Source: Eledone cirrhosa | Taxonomy: Eukaryota | NCBI GenBank assembly: GCA_964016885.1 | Contig: OZ024755.1 | Span: 42,408,001 to 42,472,000 of the forward strand | Direction of reading: 5' to 3' | Length of the DNA stretch: 64,000 nt | Shown here: piece after piece, positions 43,501 to 58,500 of the stretch | How positions within the stretch are numbered: position 1 is the first letter of the stretch | How the letters are laid out: the number at the start of each line of letters is the position of its first letter | Program-made: the position numbers and the translations under genes | The notes under the pieces: generated by a model | Seen by the model: only the letters and a program-made list of their open reading frames with translations | What the model was told of the DNA's origin: nothing | Databases searched by the model: none

Positions 43501-46500
43501 CAGTGGACTGACAGTAATTGGTAGAGTGTCACACATGTCTAGGGCAGTGGACTGACAGTAATTGGTAGAGTGTCACACATGTCTAGGGCAGTGGACTGAC
43601 AGTAATTGGTAGAGTGTCACACATGTCTAGGGCAGTGGACTGACAGTAATTGGTAGAGTGTCACACATGTCTAGGGCAGTGGATTGACAGTAATTGGTAG
43701 ATTGTCACACATGTCTAGGGCAGTGGACTGACAGTAATTGGTAGAGTGTCACACATGTCGAGGGCGGTGGATTGACAGTAATTGGTAGAGTGTCACACAT
43801 GTCTAGGGCAGTGGACTGACAGTAATTGGTAGAGTGTCACACATGTCTAGGGCAGTGGACTGACAGTAATTGGTAGAGTGTCACACATGTCTAGGGCAGT
43901 GGACTGACAGTAATTGGTAGAGTGTCACACATGTCTAGGGCAGTGGACTGACAGTAATTGGTAGAGTGTCACACATGTCTAGGGCGGTGGACTGACAGTA
44001 ATTGGTAGAGTGTCACACATGTCTAGGGCGGTGGATTGACAGTAATTGGTAGAGTGTCACACATGACTAGGGCGGTGGACTGACAGTAATTGGTAGAGTG
44101 TCACACATGTCTAGGGCAGTGGACTGACAGTAATTGGTAGAGTGTCACACATGTCTAGGGCGGTGGACTGACAGTAATTGGTAGTCACACATGTCTAGGG
44201 CAGTGGACTGACAGTAATTGGTAGAGTGTCACACATGTCTAGGGCAGTGGACTGACAGTAATTGGTAGAGTGTCACACATTGCTAGGGCAGTGGACTGAC
44301 AGTAATTGGTAGAGTGTCACACATGTCTAGGGCGGTGGATTGACAGTAATTGGTAGAGTTTCACACATGACTAGGGCGGTGGACTGACAGTAATTGGTAG
44401 AGTGTCACACATGTCTAGGGCAGTGGACTGACAGTAATTGGTAGAGTGTCACACATGTCTAGGGCGGTGGACTGACAGTAATTGGTAGTCACACATGTCT
44501 AGGGCAGTGGACTGACAGTAATTGGTAGAGTGTCACACATGTCTAGGGCAGTGGACTGACAGTAATTGGTAGAGTGTCACACATTGCTAGGGCAGTGGAC
44601 TGACAGTAATTGGTAGAGTGTCACACATGTCTAGGGCAGTGGACTGACAGTAATTGGTAGAGTGTCACACATTGCTAGGGCAGTGGACTGACAGTAATTG
44701 GTAGAGTGTCACACATGTCTAGGGCAGTGGATTGACAGTAATTGATAGTCACACATGTCTAGGGCAGTGGATTGACAGTAATTGGTAGAGTGTCACACAT
44801 GTCTAGGGCAGTGGATTGACAGTAATTGGTAGTCACACATGTCTAGGGCAGTGGACTGACAGTAATTGGTAGTCACACATGTCTAGGGCAGTGGATTGAC
44901 AGTAATTGGTAGAGTGTCACACATTTCTAGGGCAGTGGACTGACAGTAATTGGTAGAGTGTCACACATGTCTAGGGCGGTGGATTGACAGTAATTGGTAG
45001 AGTGTCACACATGTCTAGGGCGGTGGACTGACAGTAATTGGTAGAGTGTCACACATGTCTAGGGCAGTGGACTGACAGTAATTGGTAGAGTGTCACACAT
45101 GTCTAGGGCAGTGGACTGACAGTAATTGGTAGAGTGTCACACATGTCTAGGGCGGTGGATTGACAGTAATTGGTAGAGTGTCACACATGTCTAGGGCAGT
45201 GGACTGACAGTAATTGGTAGAGTGTCACACATGTCTAGGGCAGTGGATTGACAGTAATTGGTAGAGTGTCACACATGTCTAGGGCAGTGGATTGACAGTA
45301 ATTGGTAGAGTGTCACACATGTCTAGGGCAGTGGATTGACAGTAATTGGTAGAGTGTCACACATGTCTAGGGCAGTGGATTGACAGTAATTGGTAGAGTG
45401 TCACACATGTCTAGGGCAGTGGATTGACAGTAATTGGTAGAGTGTCACACATGTCTAGGGCAGTGGATTAACAGTAATTGGTAGAGTGTCACACATGTCT
45501 AGGGCAGTGGATTGACAGTAATTGGTAGAGTGTCACACATGTCTAGGGCAGTGGATTGACAGTAATTGGTAGAGTGTCACACATGTCTAGGGCAGTGGAT
45601 TGACAGTAATTGGTATAGTGTCACACATGTCTAGGGCAGTGGACTGACAGTAATTGGTAGAGTGTCACACATGTCTAGGGCAGTGGACTGACAGTAATTG
45701 GTAGAGTGTCACACATGTCTAGGGCAGTGGGTTGACAGTAATCGGTAGGGGTGTCACACATGTCTAGGGCAGTGGACTTATAGTAATTGGTAGAGTGTCA
45801 CACATGTCTAGGGCAGTGGATTGACAGTAATTGGTAGAGTGTCACACATGTCTAGGGCAGTGGACTGACAGTAATTGGTAGAGTGTCACACATGTCTAGG
45901 GCAGTGGACTGACAGTAATTGGTAGAGTGTCACACATGTCTAGGGCAGTAGGTTGACAGTAATCGGTAGAGTGTCACACATGTCTAGGGCAGTGGGTTGA
46001 CAGTAATTGGTAGAGTGTCAGACATGTCTAGGGCAGTGGACTGACAGTAATTGGTAGAGTGTCAGACATGTCTAGGGCAGTGGATTGACAGTAATTGGTA
46101 GTCACACATGTCTAGGGCAGTGGACTGACAGTAATTGGTAGAGTGTCACACATGTCTAGGGCAGTGGACTGACAGTAGTTGGTAGAGTGTCACACATGTC
46201 TAGGGCAGTGGACTGACAGTAATTGATAGAGTGTCACACATGTCTAGGGCAGTGGACTGACAGTAATTGGTAGAGTGTCACACATGTCTAGGGCAGTGGA
46301 CTGACAGTAATTGGTAGAGTTTCACACATGTCTAGGGCAGTGGATTGACAGTAATTGGTAGAGTGTCACACATGTCTAGGGCAGTGGATTGACAGTAATT
46401 GGTAGTCACACATGTCTAGGGCAGTGGACTGACAGTAATTGGTAGAGTGTCACACATGTCTAGGGCAGTGGACTGACAGTAATTGGTAGAGTGTCACACA

Positions 46501-49500
46501 TGTCTAGGGCAGTGGATTGACAGTAATTGGTAGAGTGTCAGACATGTCTAGGGCAGTGGACTGACAGTAATTGGTAGAGTGTCACACATGTCTAGGGCAG
46601 TGGATTGACAGTAATTGGTAGAGTGTCACACATGTCTAGGGCAGTGGATTGACAGTAATTGGTAGAGTGTCACACATGTCTAGGGCAGTGGATTGACAGT
46701 AATTTGTAGAGTGTCACACATGTCTAGGGCAGTGGATTGACAGTAATTGGTAGAGTGTCACACATGTCTAGGGCAGTGGATTGACAGTAATTGGTAGAGT
46801 GTCACACATGTCTAGGGCAGTGGATTGACAGTAATTGGTAGAGTGTCACACATGTCTAGGGCAGTGGATTGACAGTAATTGGTAGTGTCACACATGTCTA
46901 GGGCAGTGGATTGACAGTAATTGGTAGAGTGTCACACATGTCTAGGGCAGTGGATTGACAGTAATTGGTAGAGTGTCACACATGTCTAGGGCAGTGGATT
47001 GACAGTAATTGGTAGTCACACATGTCTAGGGCGGTGGATTGACAGTAATTGGTAGAGTGTCACACATGTCTAGGGCAGTGGATTGACAGTAATTGGTAGA
47101 GTGTCACACATGTCTAGGGCAGTGGATTGACAGTAATTGGTAGAGTGTCACACATGTCTAGGGCAGTGGATTGACAGTAATTGGTAGAGTGTCACACATG
47201 TCTAGGGCAGTGGATTGACAGTAATTGGTAGAGTGTCACACATGTCTAGGGCAGTGGATTGACAGTAATTGGTAGAGTGTCACACATGTCTAGGGCAGTG
47301 GATTGACAGTAATTGGTAGTCACACATGTCTAGGGCGGTGGATTGACAGTAATTGGTAGAGTGTCACACATGTCTAGGGCAGTGGATTGACAGTAATTGG
47401 TAGTCACACATGTCTAGGGCGGTGGATTGACAGTAATTGGTAGTCACACATGTCTAGGGCGGTGGATTGACAGTAATTGGTAGAGTGTCACACATGTCTA
47501 GGGCAGTGGATTGACAGTAATTGGTAGAGTGTCACACATGTCTAGGGCAGTGGATTGACAGTAATTGGTAGAGTGTCACACATGTCTAGGGCAGTGGATT
47601 GACAGTAATTGGTAGAGTGTCACACATGTCTAGGGCAGTGGATTGACAGTAATTGGTAGAGTGTCACACATGTCTAGGGCAGTGGATTGACAGTAATTGG
47701 TAGAGTGTCACACATGTCTAGGGCAGTGGATTGACAGTAATTGGTAGAGTGTCACACATGTCTAGGGCAGTGGATTGACAGTAATTGGTAGAGTGTCACA
47801 CATGTCTAGGGCAGTGGATTGACAGTAATTGGTAGAGTGTCACACATGTCTAGGGCGGTGGATTGACAGTAATTGGTAGTCACACATGTCTAGGGCGGTG
47901 GATTGACAGTAATTGGTAGAGTGTCACACATGTCTAGGGCAGTGGATTGACAGTAATTGGTAGAGTGTCACACATGTCTAGGGCAGTGGATTGACAGTAA
48001 TTGGTAGAGTGTCACACATGTCTAGGGCAGTGGATTGACAGTAATTGGTAGAGTGTAACACATGTCTAGGGCAGTGGATTGACAGTAATTGGTAGAGTGT
48101 CACACATGTCTAGGGCAGTGGATTGACAGTAATTGGTAGAGTGTCACACATGTCTAGGGCGGTGGATTGACAGTAATTGGTAGTCACACATGTCTAGGGC
48201 GGTGGATTGACAGTAATTGGTAGAGTGTCACACATGTCTAGGGCAGTGGATTGACAGTAATTGGTAGAGTGTCACACATGTCTAGGGCAGTGGATTGACA
48301 GTAATTGGTAGAGTGTCACACATGTCTAGGGCGGTGGATTGACAGTAATTGGTAGAGTGTCACACATGTCTAGGGCAGTGGATTGACAGTAATTGGTAGA
48401 GTGTCACACATGTCTAGGGCAGTGGATTGACAGTAATTGGTAGTCACACATGTCTAGGGCGGTGGATTGACAGTAATTGGTAGAGTGTCACACATGTCTA
48501 GGGCAGTGGATTGACAGTAATTGGTAGAGTGTCACACATGTCTAGGGCAGTGGATTGACAGTAATTGGTAGAGTGTCACACATGTCTAGGGCAGTGGATT
48601 GACAGTAAATGGTAGAGTGTCACACATGTCTAGGGCAGTGGATTGACAGTAATTGGTAGTCACACATGTCTAGGGCGGTGGATTGACAGTAATTGGTAGA
48701 GTGTCACACATGTCTAGGGCAGTGGATTGACAGTAATTGGTAGAGTGTCACACATGTCTAGGGCAGTGGATTGACAGTAATTGGTAGTCACACATGTCTA
48801 GGGCGGTGGATTGACAGTAATTGGTAGAGTGTCACACATGTCTAGGGCAGTGGATTGACAGTAATTGGTAGAGTGTCACACATGTCTAGGGCAGTGGACT
48901 TATAGTAATTGGTAGAGTGTCACACATGTCTAGGGCAGTGGACTTATAGTAATTGGTAGAGTGTCACACATGTCTAGGGCAGTGGATTGACAGTAATTGG
49001 TAGAGTGTCACACATGTCTAGGGCAGTGGATTGACAGTAATTGGTAGAGTGTCACACATGTCTAGGGCAGTGGATTGACAGTAATTGGTAGTCACACATG
49101 TCTAGGGCGGTGGATTGACAGTAATTGGTAGAGTGTCACACATGTCTAGGGCAGAGGATTGACAGTAATTGGTAGTCACACATGTCTAGGGCGGTGGATT
49201 GACAGTAATTGGTAGAGTGTCACACATGTCTAGGGCAGTGGATTGACAGTAATTGGTAGTCACACATGTCTAGGGCGGTGGATTGACAGTAATTGGTAGA
49301 GTGTCACACATGTCTAGGACAGTGGATTGACAGTAATTGGTAGAGTGTCACACATGTCTAGGGCAGTGGATTGACAGTAATTGGTAGAGTGTCACACATG
49401 TCTAGGGCGGTGGATTGACAGTAATTGGTAGAGTGTCACACATGTCTAGGACAGTGGATTGACAGTAATTGGTAGAGTGTCACACATGTCTAGGGCAGTG

Positions 49501-52500
49501 GACTGACAGTAATTGGTAGAGTGTCACACATGTCTAGGGCAGTGGATTGACAGTAATTGGTAGAGTGTCACACATGTCTAGGGCAGTGGATTGACAGTAA
49601 TTGGTAGAGTGTCACACATGTCTAGGGCGGTGGATTGACAGTAATTGGTAGTCACACATGTCTAGGGCAGTGGACTGACAGTAATTGGTAGAGTGTCACA
49701 CATGTCTAGGGCAGTGGACTGACAGTAATTGGTAGAGTGTCACACATGTCTAGGGCAGTGGACTGACAGTAATTGGTAGAGTGTCACACATGTCTAGGGC
49801 AGTGGACTGACAGTAATTGGTAGAGTGTCACACATGTCTAGGGCGGTGGATTGACAGTAATTGGTAGAGTGTCACACATGTCTAGGGCAGTGGACTGACA
49901 GTAATTGGTAGAGTGTCACACATGTCTAGGGCAGTGGATTAACAGTAATTGGTAGAGTGTCACACATGTCTAGGGCAGTGGATTGACAGTAATTGGTAGA
50001 GTGTCACACATGTCTAGGGCAGTGGATTGACAGTAATTGGTAGAGTGTCACACATGTCTAGGGCAGTGGATTGACAGTAATTGGTATAGTGTCACACATG
50101 TCTAGGGCAGTGGACTGACAGTAATTGGTAGAGTGTCACACATGTCTAGGGCAGTGGACTGACAGTAATTGGTAGAGTGTCACATGTCTAGGGCAGTGGG
50201 TTGACAGTAATCGGTAGGGGTGTCACACATGTCTAGGGCAGTGGACTTATAGTAATTGGTAGAGTGTCACACATGTCTAGGGCAGTGGATTGACAGTAAT
50301 TGGTAGAGTGTCACACATGTCTAGGGCAGTGGACTGACAGTAATTGGTAGAGTGTCACACATGTCTAGGGCAGTGGACTGACAGTAATTGGTAGAGTGTC
50401 ACACATGTCTAGGGCAGTAGGTTGACAGTAATCGGTAGAGTGTCACACATGTCTAGGGCAGTGGGTTGACAGTAATTGGTAGAGTGTCAGACATGTCTAG
50501 GGCAGTGGACTGACAGTAATTGGTAGAGTGTCAGACATGTCTAGGGCAGTGGATTGACAGTAATTGGTAGAGTGTCAGACATATCTAGGGCAGTGGATTG
50601 ACAGTAATTGGTAGAGTGTCAGACATGTCTAGGGCAGTGGATTGACAGTAATTGGTAGAGTGTCACACATGTCTAGGGCAGTGGACTGACAGTAATTGGT
50701 AGAGTGTCACACATGTCTAGGGCAGTGGATTGACAGTAATTGGTAGAGTGTCACACATGTCTAGGGCAGTGGATTGACAGTAATTGGTAGAGTGTCACAC
50801 ATGTCTAGGGCAGTGGATTGACAGTAATTGGTAGTCACACATGTCTAGGGCAGTGGACTGACAGTAATTGGTAGAGTGTCACACATGTCTAGGGCAGTGG
50901 ATTGACAGTAATTGGTAGTCACACATGTCTAGGGCAGTGGACTGACAGTAATTGGTAGAGTGTCACACATGTCTAGGGCAGTGGACTGACAGTAATTGGT
51001 AGAGTTTCACACATGTCTAGGGCAGTGGATTGACAGTAATTGGTAGAGTGTCACACATGTCTAGGGCAGTGGATTGACAGTAATTGGTAGTCACACATGT
51101 CTAGGGCAGTGGACTGACAGTAATTGGTAGAGTGTCACACATGTCTAGGGCGGTGGGTTGACAGTAATTGGTAGAGTGTCACACATGTCTAGGGCAGTGG
51201 ACTGACAGTAATTGGTAGAGTGTCACACATGTCTAGGGCAGTGGATTGACAGTAATTGGTAGTCACACATGTCTAGGGCGGTGGACTGACAGTAATTGGT
51301 AGAGTGTCACACATGTCTAGGGCAGTGGATTGACAGTAATTGGTAGTCACACATGTCTAGGGCAGTGGACTGACAGTAATTGGTAGAGTGTCACACATGT
51401 CTAGGGCAGTGGATTGACAGTAATTGGTAGTCACACATGTCTAGGGCAGTGGATTGACAGTAATTGGTAGTCACACATGTCTAGGGCAGTGGACTGACAG
51501 TAATTGGTAGAGTGTCACACATGTCTAGGGCGGTGGATTGACAGTAATTGGTAGTCACACATGTCTAGGGCAGTGGACTGACAGTAATTGGTAGAGTGTC
51601 ACACATGTCTAGGGCAGTGGACTGACAGTAGTTGGTAGAGTGTCACACATGTCTAGGGCAGTGGACTGACAGTAATTGATAGAGTGTCACACATGTCTAG
51701 GGCAGTGGACTGACAGTAATTGGTAGAGTTTCACACATGTCTAGGGCAGTGGATTGACAGTAATTGGTAGAGTGTCACACATGTCTAGGGCAGTGGATTG
51801 ACAGTAATTGGTAGTCACACATGTCTAGGGCAGTGGACTGACAGTAATTGGTAGAGTGTCACACATGTCTAGGGCAGTGGACTGACAGTAATTGGTAGAG
51901 TGTCACACATGTCTAGGGCAGTGGATTGACAGTAATTGGTAGAGTGTCACACATGTCTAGGGCAGTGGATTGACAGTAATTGGTAGAGTGTCACACATGT
52001 CTAGGGCAGTGGATTGACAGTAATTGGTAGTCACACATGTCTAGGGCAGTGGACTGACAGTAATTGGTAGAGTGTCACACATGTCTAGGGCAGTGGACTG
52101 ACAGTAATTGGTAGAGTGTCACACATGTCTAGGGCAGTGGATTGACAGTAATTGGTAGAGTGTCACACATGTCTAGGGCAGTGGATTGACAGTAATTGGT
52201 AGAGTGTCACACATGTCTAGGGCAGTGGATTGACAGTAATTGGTAGAGTGTCACACATGTCTAGGGCAGTGGATTGACAGTAATTGGTAGAGTGTCACAC
52301 ATGTCTAGGGCAGTGGATTGACAGTAATTTGTAGAGTGTCACACATGTCTAGGGCAGTGGATTGACAGTAATTGGTAGAGTGTCACACATGTCTAGGGCA
52401 GTGGATTGACAGTAATTGGTAGAGTGTCACACATGTCTAGGGCAGTGGATTGACAGTAATTGGTAGAGTGTCACACATGTCTAGGGCAGTGGATTGACAG

Positions 52501-55500
52501 TAATTGGTAGTGTCACACATGTCTAGGGCAGTGGATTGACAGTAATTGGTAGAGTGTCACACATGTCTAGGGCAGTGGATTGACAGTAATTGGTAGAGTG
52601 TCACACATGTCTAGGGCAGTGGATTGACAGTAATTGGTAGTCACACATGTCTAGGGCGGTGGATTGACAGTAATTGGTAGAGTGTCACACATGTCTAGGG
52701 CAGTGGATTGACAGTAATTGGTAGAGTGTCACACATGTCTAGGGCAGTGGATTGACAGTAATTGGTAGAGTGTCACACATGTCTAGGGCAGTGGATTGAC
52801 AGTAATTGGTAGAGTGTCACACATGTCTAGGGCAGTGGATTGACAGTAATTGGTAGAGTGTCACACATGTCTAGGGCAGTGGATTGACAGTAATTGGTAG
52901 AGTGTCACACATGTCTAGGGCAGTGGATTGACAGTAATTGGTAGTCACACATGTCTAGGGCGGTGGATTGACAGTAATTGGTAGAGTGTCACACATGTCT
53001 AGGGCAGTGGATTGACAGTAATTGGTAGTCACACATGTCTAGGGCGGTGGATTGACAGTAATTGGTAGTCACACATGTCTAGGGCGGTGGATTGACAGTA
53101 ATTGGTAGAGTGTCACACATGTCTAGGGCAGTGGATTGACAGTAATTGGTAGAGTGTCACACATGTCTAGGGCAGTGGATTGACAGTAATTGGTAGAGTG
53201 TCACACATGTCTAGGGCAGTGGATTGACAGTAATTGGTAGAGTGTCACACATGTCTAGGGCAGTGGATTGACAGTAATTGGTAGAGTGTCACACATGTCT
53301 AGGGCAGTGGATTGACAGTAATTGGTAGAGTGTCACACATGTCTAGGGCAGTGGATTGACAGTAATTGGTAGAGTGTCACACATGTCTAGGGCAGTGGAT
53401 TGACAGTAATTGGTAGAGTGTCACACATGTCTAGGGCAGTGGATTGACAGTAATTGGTAGAGTGTCACACATGTCTAGGGCGGTGGATTGACAGTAATTG
53501 GTAGTCACACATGTCTAGGGCGGTGGATTGACAGTAATTGGTAGAGTGTCACACATGTCTAGGGCAGTGTATTGACAGTAATTGGTAGAGTGTCACACAT
53601 GTCTAGGGCAGTGGATTGACAGTAATTGGTAGAGTGTCACACATGTCTAGGGCAGTGGATTGACAGTAATTGGTAGAGTGTCACACATGTCTAGGGCAGT
53701 GGATTGACAGTAATTGGTAGAGTGTCACACATGTCTAGGGCAGTGGATTGACAGTAATTGGTAGAGTGTCACACATGTCTAGGGCGGTGGATTGACAGTA
53801 ATTGGTAGTCACACATGTCTAGGGCGGTGGATTGACAGTAATTGGTAGAGTGTCACACATGTCTAGGGCAGTGGATTGACAGTAATTGGTAGAGTGTCAC
53901 ACATGTCTAGGGCAGTGGATTGACAGTAATTGGTAGAGTGTCACACATGTCTAGGGCGGTGGATTGACAGTAATTGGTAGAGTGTCACACATGTCTAGGG
54001 CAGTGGATTGACAGTAATTGGTAGAGTGTCACACATGTCTAGGGCAGTGGATTGACAGTAATTGGTAGTCACACATGTCTAGGGCGGTGGATTGACAGTA
54101 ATTGGTAGAGTGTCACACATGTCTAGGGCAGTGGATTGACAGTAATTGGTAGAGTGTCACACATGTCTAGGGCAGTGGATTGACAGTAATTGGTAGAGTG
54201 TCACACATGTCTAGGGCAGTGGATTGACAGTAATTGGTAGAGTGTCACACATGTCTAGGGCAGTGGATTGACAGTAATTGGTAGTCACACATGTCTAGGG
54301 CGGTGGATTGACAGTAATTGGTAGAGTGTCACACATGTCTAGGGCAGTGGATTGACAGTAATTGGTAGAGTGTCACACATGTCTAGGGCAGTGGATTGAC
54401 AGTAATTGGTAGAGTGTCACACATGTCTAGGGCAGTGGATTGACAGTAATTGGTAGTCACACATGTCTAGGGCGGTGGATTGACAGTAATTGGTAGAGTG
54501 TCACACATGTCTAGGGCAGTGGATTGACAGTAATTGGTAGAGTGTCACACATGTCTAGGGCAGTGGATTGACAGTAATTGGTAGAGTGTCACACATGTCT
54601 AGGGCAGTGGATTGACAGTAATTGGTAGAGTGTCACACATGTCTAGGGCAGTGGATTGACAGTAATTGGTAGAGTGTCACACATGTCTAGGGCAGTGGAT
54701 TGACAGTAATTGGTAGAGTGTCACACATGTCTAGGGCAGTGGACTGACAGTAATTGGTAGAGTGTCACACATGTCTAGGGCAGTGGACTGACAGTAATTG
54801 GTAGAGTGTCACACATGTCTAGGGCAGTGGATTAACAGTAATTGGTAGAGTGTCACACATGTCTAGGGCAGTGGATTGACAGTAATTGGTAGAGTGTCAC
54901 ACATGTCTAGGGCAGTGGATTGACAGTAATTGGTAGAGTGTCACACATGTCTAGGGCAGTGGATTGACAGTAATTGGTATAGTGTCACACATGTCTAGGG
55001 CAGTGGACTGACAGTAATTGGTAGAGTGTCACACATGTCTAGGGCAGTGGACTGACAGTAATTGGTAGAGTGTCACATGTCTAGGGCAGTGGGTTGACAG
55101 TAATCGGTAGGGGTGTCACACATGTCTAGGGCAGTGGACTTATAGTAATTGGTAGAGTGTCACACATGTCTAGGGCAGTGGATTGACAGTAATTGGTAGA
55201 GTGTCACACATGTCTAGGGCAGTGGACTGACAGTAATTGGTAGAGTGTCACACATGTCTAGGGCAGTGGACTGACAGTAATTGGTAGAGTGTCACACATG
55301 TCTAGGGCAGTAGGTTGACAGTAATCGGTAGAGTGTCACACATGTCTAGGGCAGTGGGTTGACAGTAATTGGTAGAGTGTCAGACATGTCTAGGGCAGTG
55401 GACTGACAGTAATTGGTAGAGTGTCAGACATGTCTAGGGCAGTGGATTGACAGTAATTGGTAGAGTGTCAGACATATCTAGGGCAGTGGATTGACAGTAA

Positions 55501-58500
55501 TTGGTAGAGTGTCAGACATGTCTAGGGCAGTGGATTGACAGTAATTGGTAGAGTGTCACACATGTCTAGGGCAGTGGACTGACAGTAATTGGTAGAGTGT
55601 CACACATGTCTAGGGCAGTGGATTGACAGTAATTGGTAGAGTGTCACACATGTCTAGGGCAGTGGATTGACAGTAATTGGTAGAGTGTCACACATGTCTA
55701 GGGCAGTGGATTGACAGTAATTGGTAGTCACACATGTCTAGGGCAGTGGACTGACAGTAATTGGTAGAGTGTCACACATGTCTAGGGCAGTGGATTGACA
55801 GTAATTGGTAGTCACACATGTCTAGGGCAGTGGACTGACAGTAATTGGTAGAGTGTCACACATGTCTAGGGCAGTGGACTGACAGTAATTGGTAGAGTTT
55901 CACACATGTCTAGGGCAGTGGATTGACAGTAATTGGTAGAGTGTCACACATGTCTAGGGCAGTGGATTGACAGTAATTGGTAGTCACACATGTCTAGGGC
56001 AGTGGACTGACAGTAATTGGTAGAGTGTCACACATGTCTAGGGCGGTGGGTTGACAGTAATTGGTAGAGTGTCACACATGTCTAGGGCAGTGGACTGACA
56101 GTAATTGGTAGAGTGTCACACATGTCTAGGGCAGTGGATTGACAGTAATTGGTAGTCACACATGTCTAGGGCGGTGGACTGACAGTAATTGGTAGAGTGT
56201 CACACATGTCTAGGGCAGTGGATTGACAGTAATTGGTAGTCACACATGTCTAGGGCAGTGGACTGACAGTAATTGGTAGAGTGTCACACATGTCTAGGGC
56301 AGTGGATTGACAGTAATTGGTAGTCACACATGTCTAGGGCAGTGGATTGACAGTAATTGGTAGTCACACATGTCTAGGGCAGTGGACTGACAGTAATTGG
56401 TAGAGTGTCACACATGTCTAGGGCGGTGGATTGACAGTAATTGGTAGTCACACATGTCTAGGGCAGTGGACTGACAGTAATTGGTAGAGTGTCACACATG
56501 TCTAGGGCAGTGGACTGACAGTAGTTGGTAGAGTGTCACACATGTCTAGGGCAGTGGACTGACAGTAATTGATAGAGTGTCACACATGTCTAGGGCAGTG
56601 GACTGACAGTAATTGGTAGAGTTTCACACATGTCTAGGGCAGTGGATTGACAGTAATTGGTAGAGTATCACACATGTCTAGGGCAGTGGATTGACAGTAA
56701 TTGGTAGTCACACATGTCTAGGGCAGTGGACTGACAGTAATTGGTAGAGTGTCACACATGTCTAGGGCAGTGGACTGACAGTAATTGGTAGAGTGTCACA
56801 CATGTCTAGGGCAGTGGATTGACAGTAATTGGTAGAGTGTCAGACATGTCTAGGGCAGTGGATTGACAGTAATTGGTAGAGTGTCACACATGTCTAGGGC
56901 AGTGGATTGACAGTAATTGGTAGAGTGTCACACATGTCTAGGGCAGTGGATTGACAGTAATTGGTAGAGTGTCACACATGTCTAGGGCAGTGGATTGACA
57001 GTAATTTGTAGAGTGTCACACATGTCTAGGGCAGTGGATTGACAGTAATTGGTAGAGTGTCACACATGTCTAGGGCAGTGGATTGACAGTAATTGGTAGA
57101 GTGTCACACATGTCTAGGGCAGTGGATTGACAGTAATTGGTAGAGTGTCACACATGTCTAGGGCAGTGGATTGACAGTAATTGGTAGTGTCACACATGTC
57201 TAGGGCAGTGGATTGACAGTAATTGGTAGAGTGTCACACATGTCTAGGGCAGTGGATTGACAGTAATTGGTAGAGTGTCACACATGTCTAGGGCAGTGGA
57301 TTGACAGTAATTGGTAGTCACACATGTCTAGGGCGGTGGATTGACAGTAATTGGTAGAGTGTCACACATGTCTAGGGCAGTGGATTGACAGTAATTGGTA
57401 GAGTGTCACACATGTCTAGGGCAGTGGATTGACAGTAATTGGTAGAGTGTCACACATGTCTAGGGCAGTGGATTGACAGTAATTGGTAGAGTGTCACACA
57501 TGTCTAGGGCAGTGGATTGACAGTAATTGGTAGAGTGTCACACATGTCTAGGGCAGTGGATTGACAGTAATTGGTAGAGTGTCACACATGTCTAGGGCAG
57601 TGGATTGACAGTAATTGGTAGTCACACATGTCTAGGGCGGTGGATTGACAGTAATTGGTAGAGTGTCACACATGTCTAGGGCAGTGGATTGACAGTAATT
57701 GGTAGTCACACATGTCTAGGGCGGTGGATTGACAGTAATTGGTAGTCACACATGTCTAGGGCGGTGGATTGACAGTAATTGGTAGAGTGTCACACATGTC
57801 TAGGGCAGTGGATTGACAGTAATTGGTAGAGTGTCACACATGTCTAGGGCAGTGGATTGACAGTAATTGGTAGAGTGTCACACATGTCTAGGGCAGTGGA
57901 TTGACAGTAATTGGTAGAGTGTCACACATGTCTAGGGCAGTGGATTGACAGTAATTGGTAGAGTGTCACACATGTCTAGGGCAGTGGATTGACAGTAATT
58001 GGTAGAGTGTCACACATGTCTAGGGCAGTGGATTGACAGTAATTGGTAGAGTGTCACACATGTCTAGGGCAGTGGATTGACAGTAATTGGTAGAGTGTCA
58101 CACATGTCTAGGGCAGTGGATTGACAGTAATTGGTAGAGTGTCACACATGTCTAGGGCGGTGGATTGACAGTAATTGGTAGTCACACATGTCTAGGGCGG
58201 TGGATTGACAGTAATTGGTAGAGTGTCACACATGTCTAGGGCAGTGGATTGACAGTAATTGGTAGAGTGTCACACATGTCTAGGGCAGTGGATTGACAGT
58301 AATTGGTAGAGTGTCACACATGTCTAGGGCAGTGGATTGACAGTAATTGGTAGAGTGTCACACATGTCTAGGGCAGTGGATTGACAGTAATTGGTAGAGT
58401 GTCACACATGTCTAGGGCAGTGGATTGACAGTAATTGGTAGAGTGTCACACATGTCTAGGGCGGTGGATTGACAGTAATTGGTAGTCACACATGTCTAGG

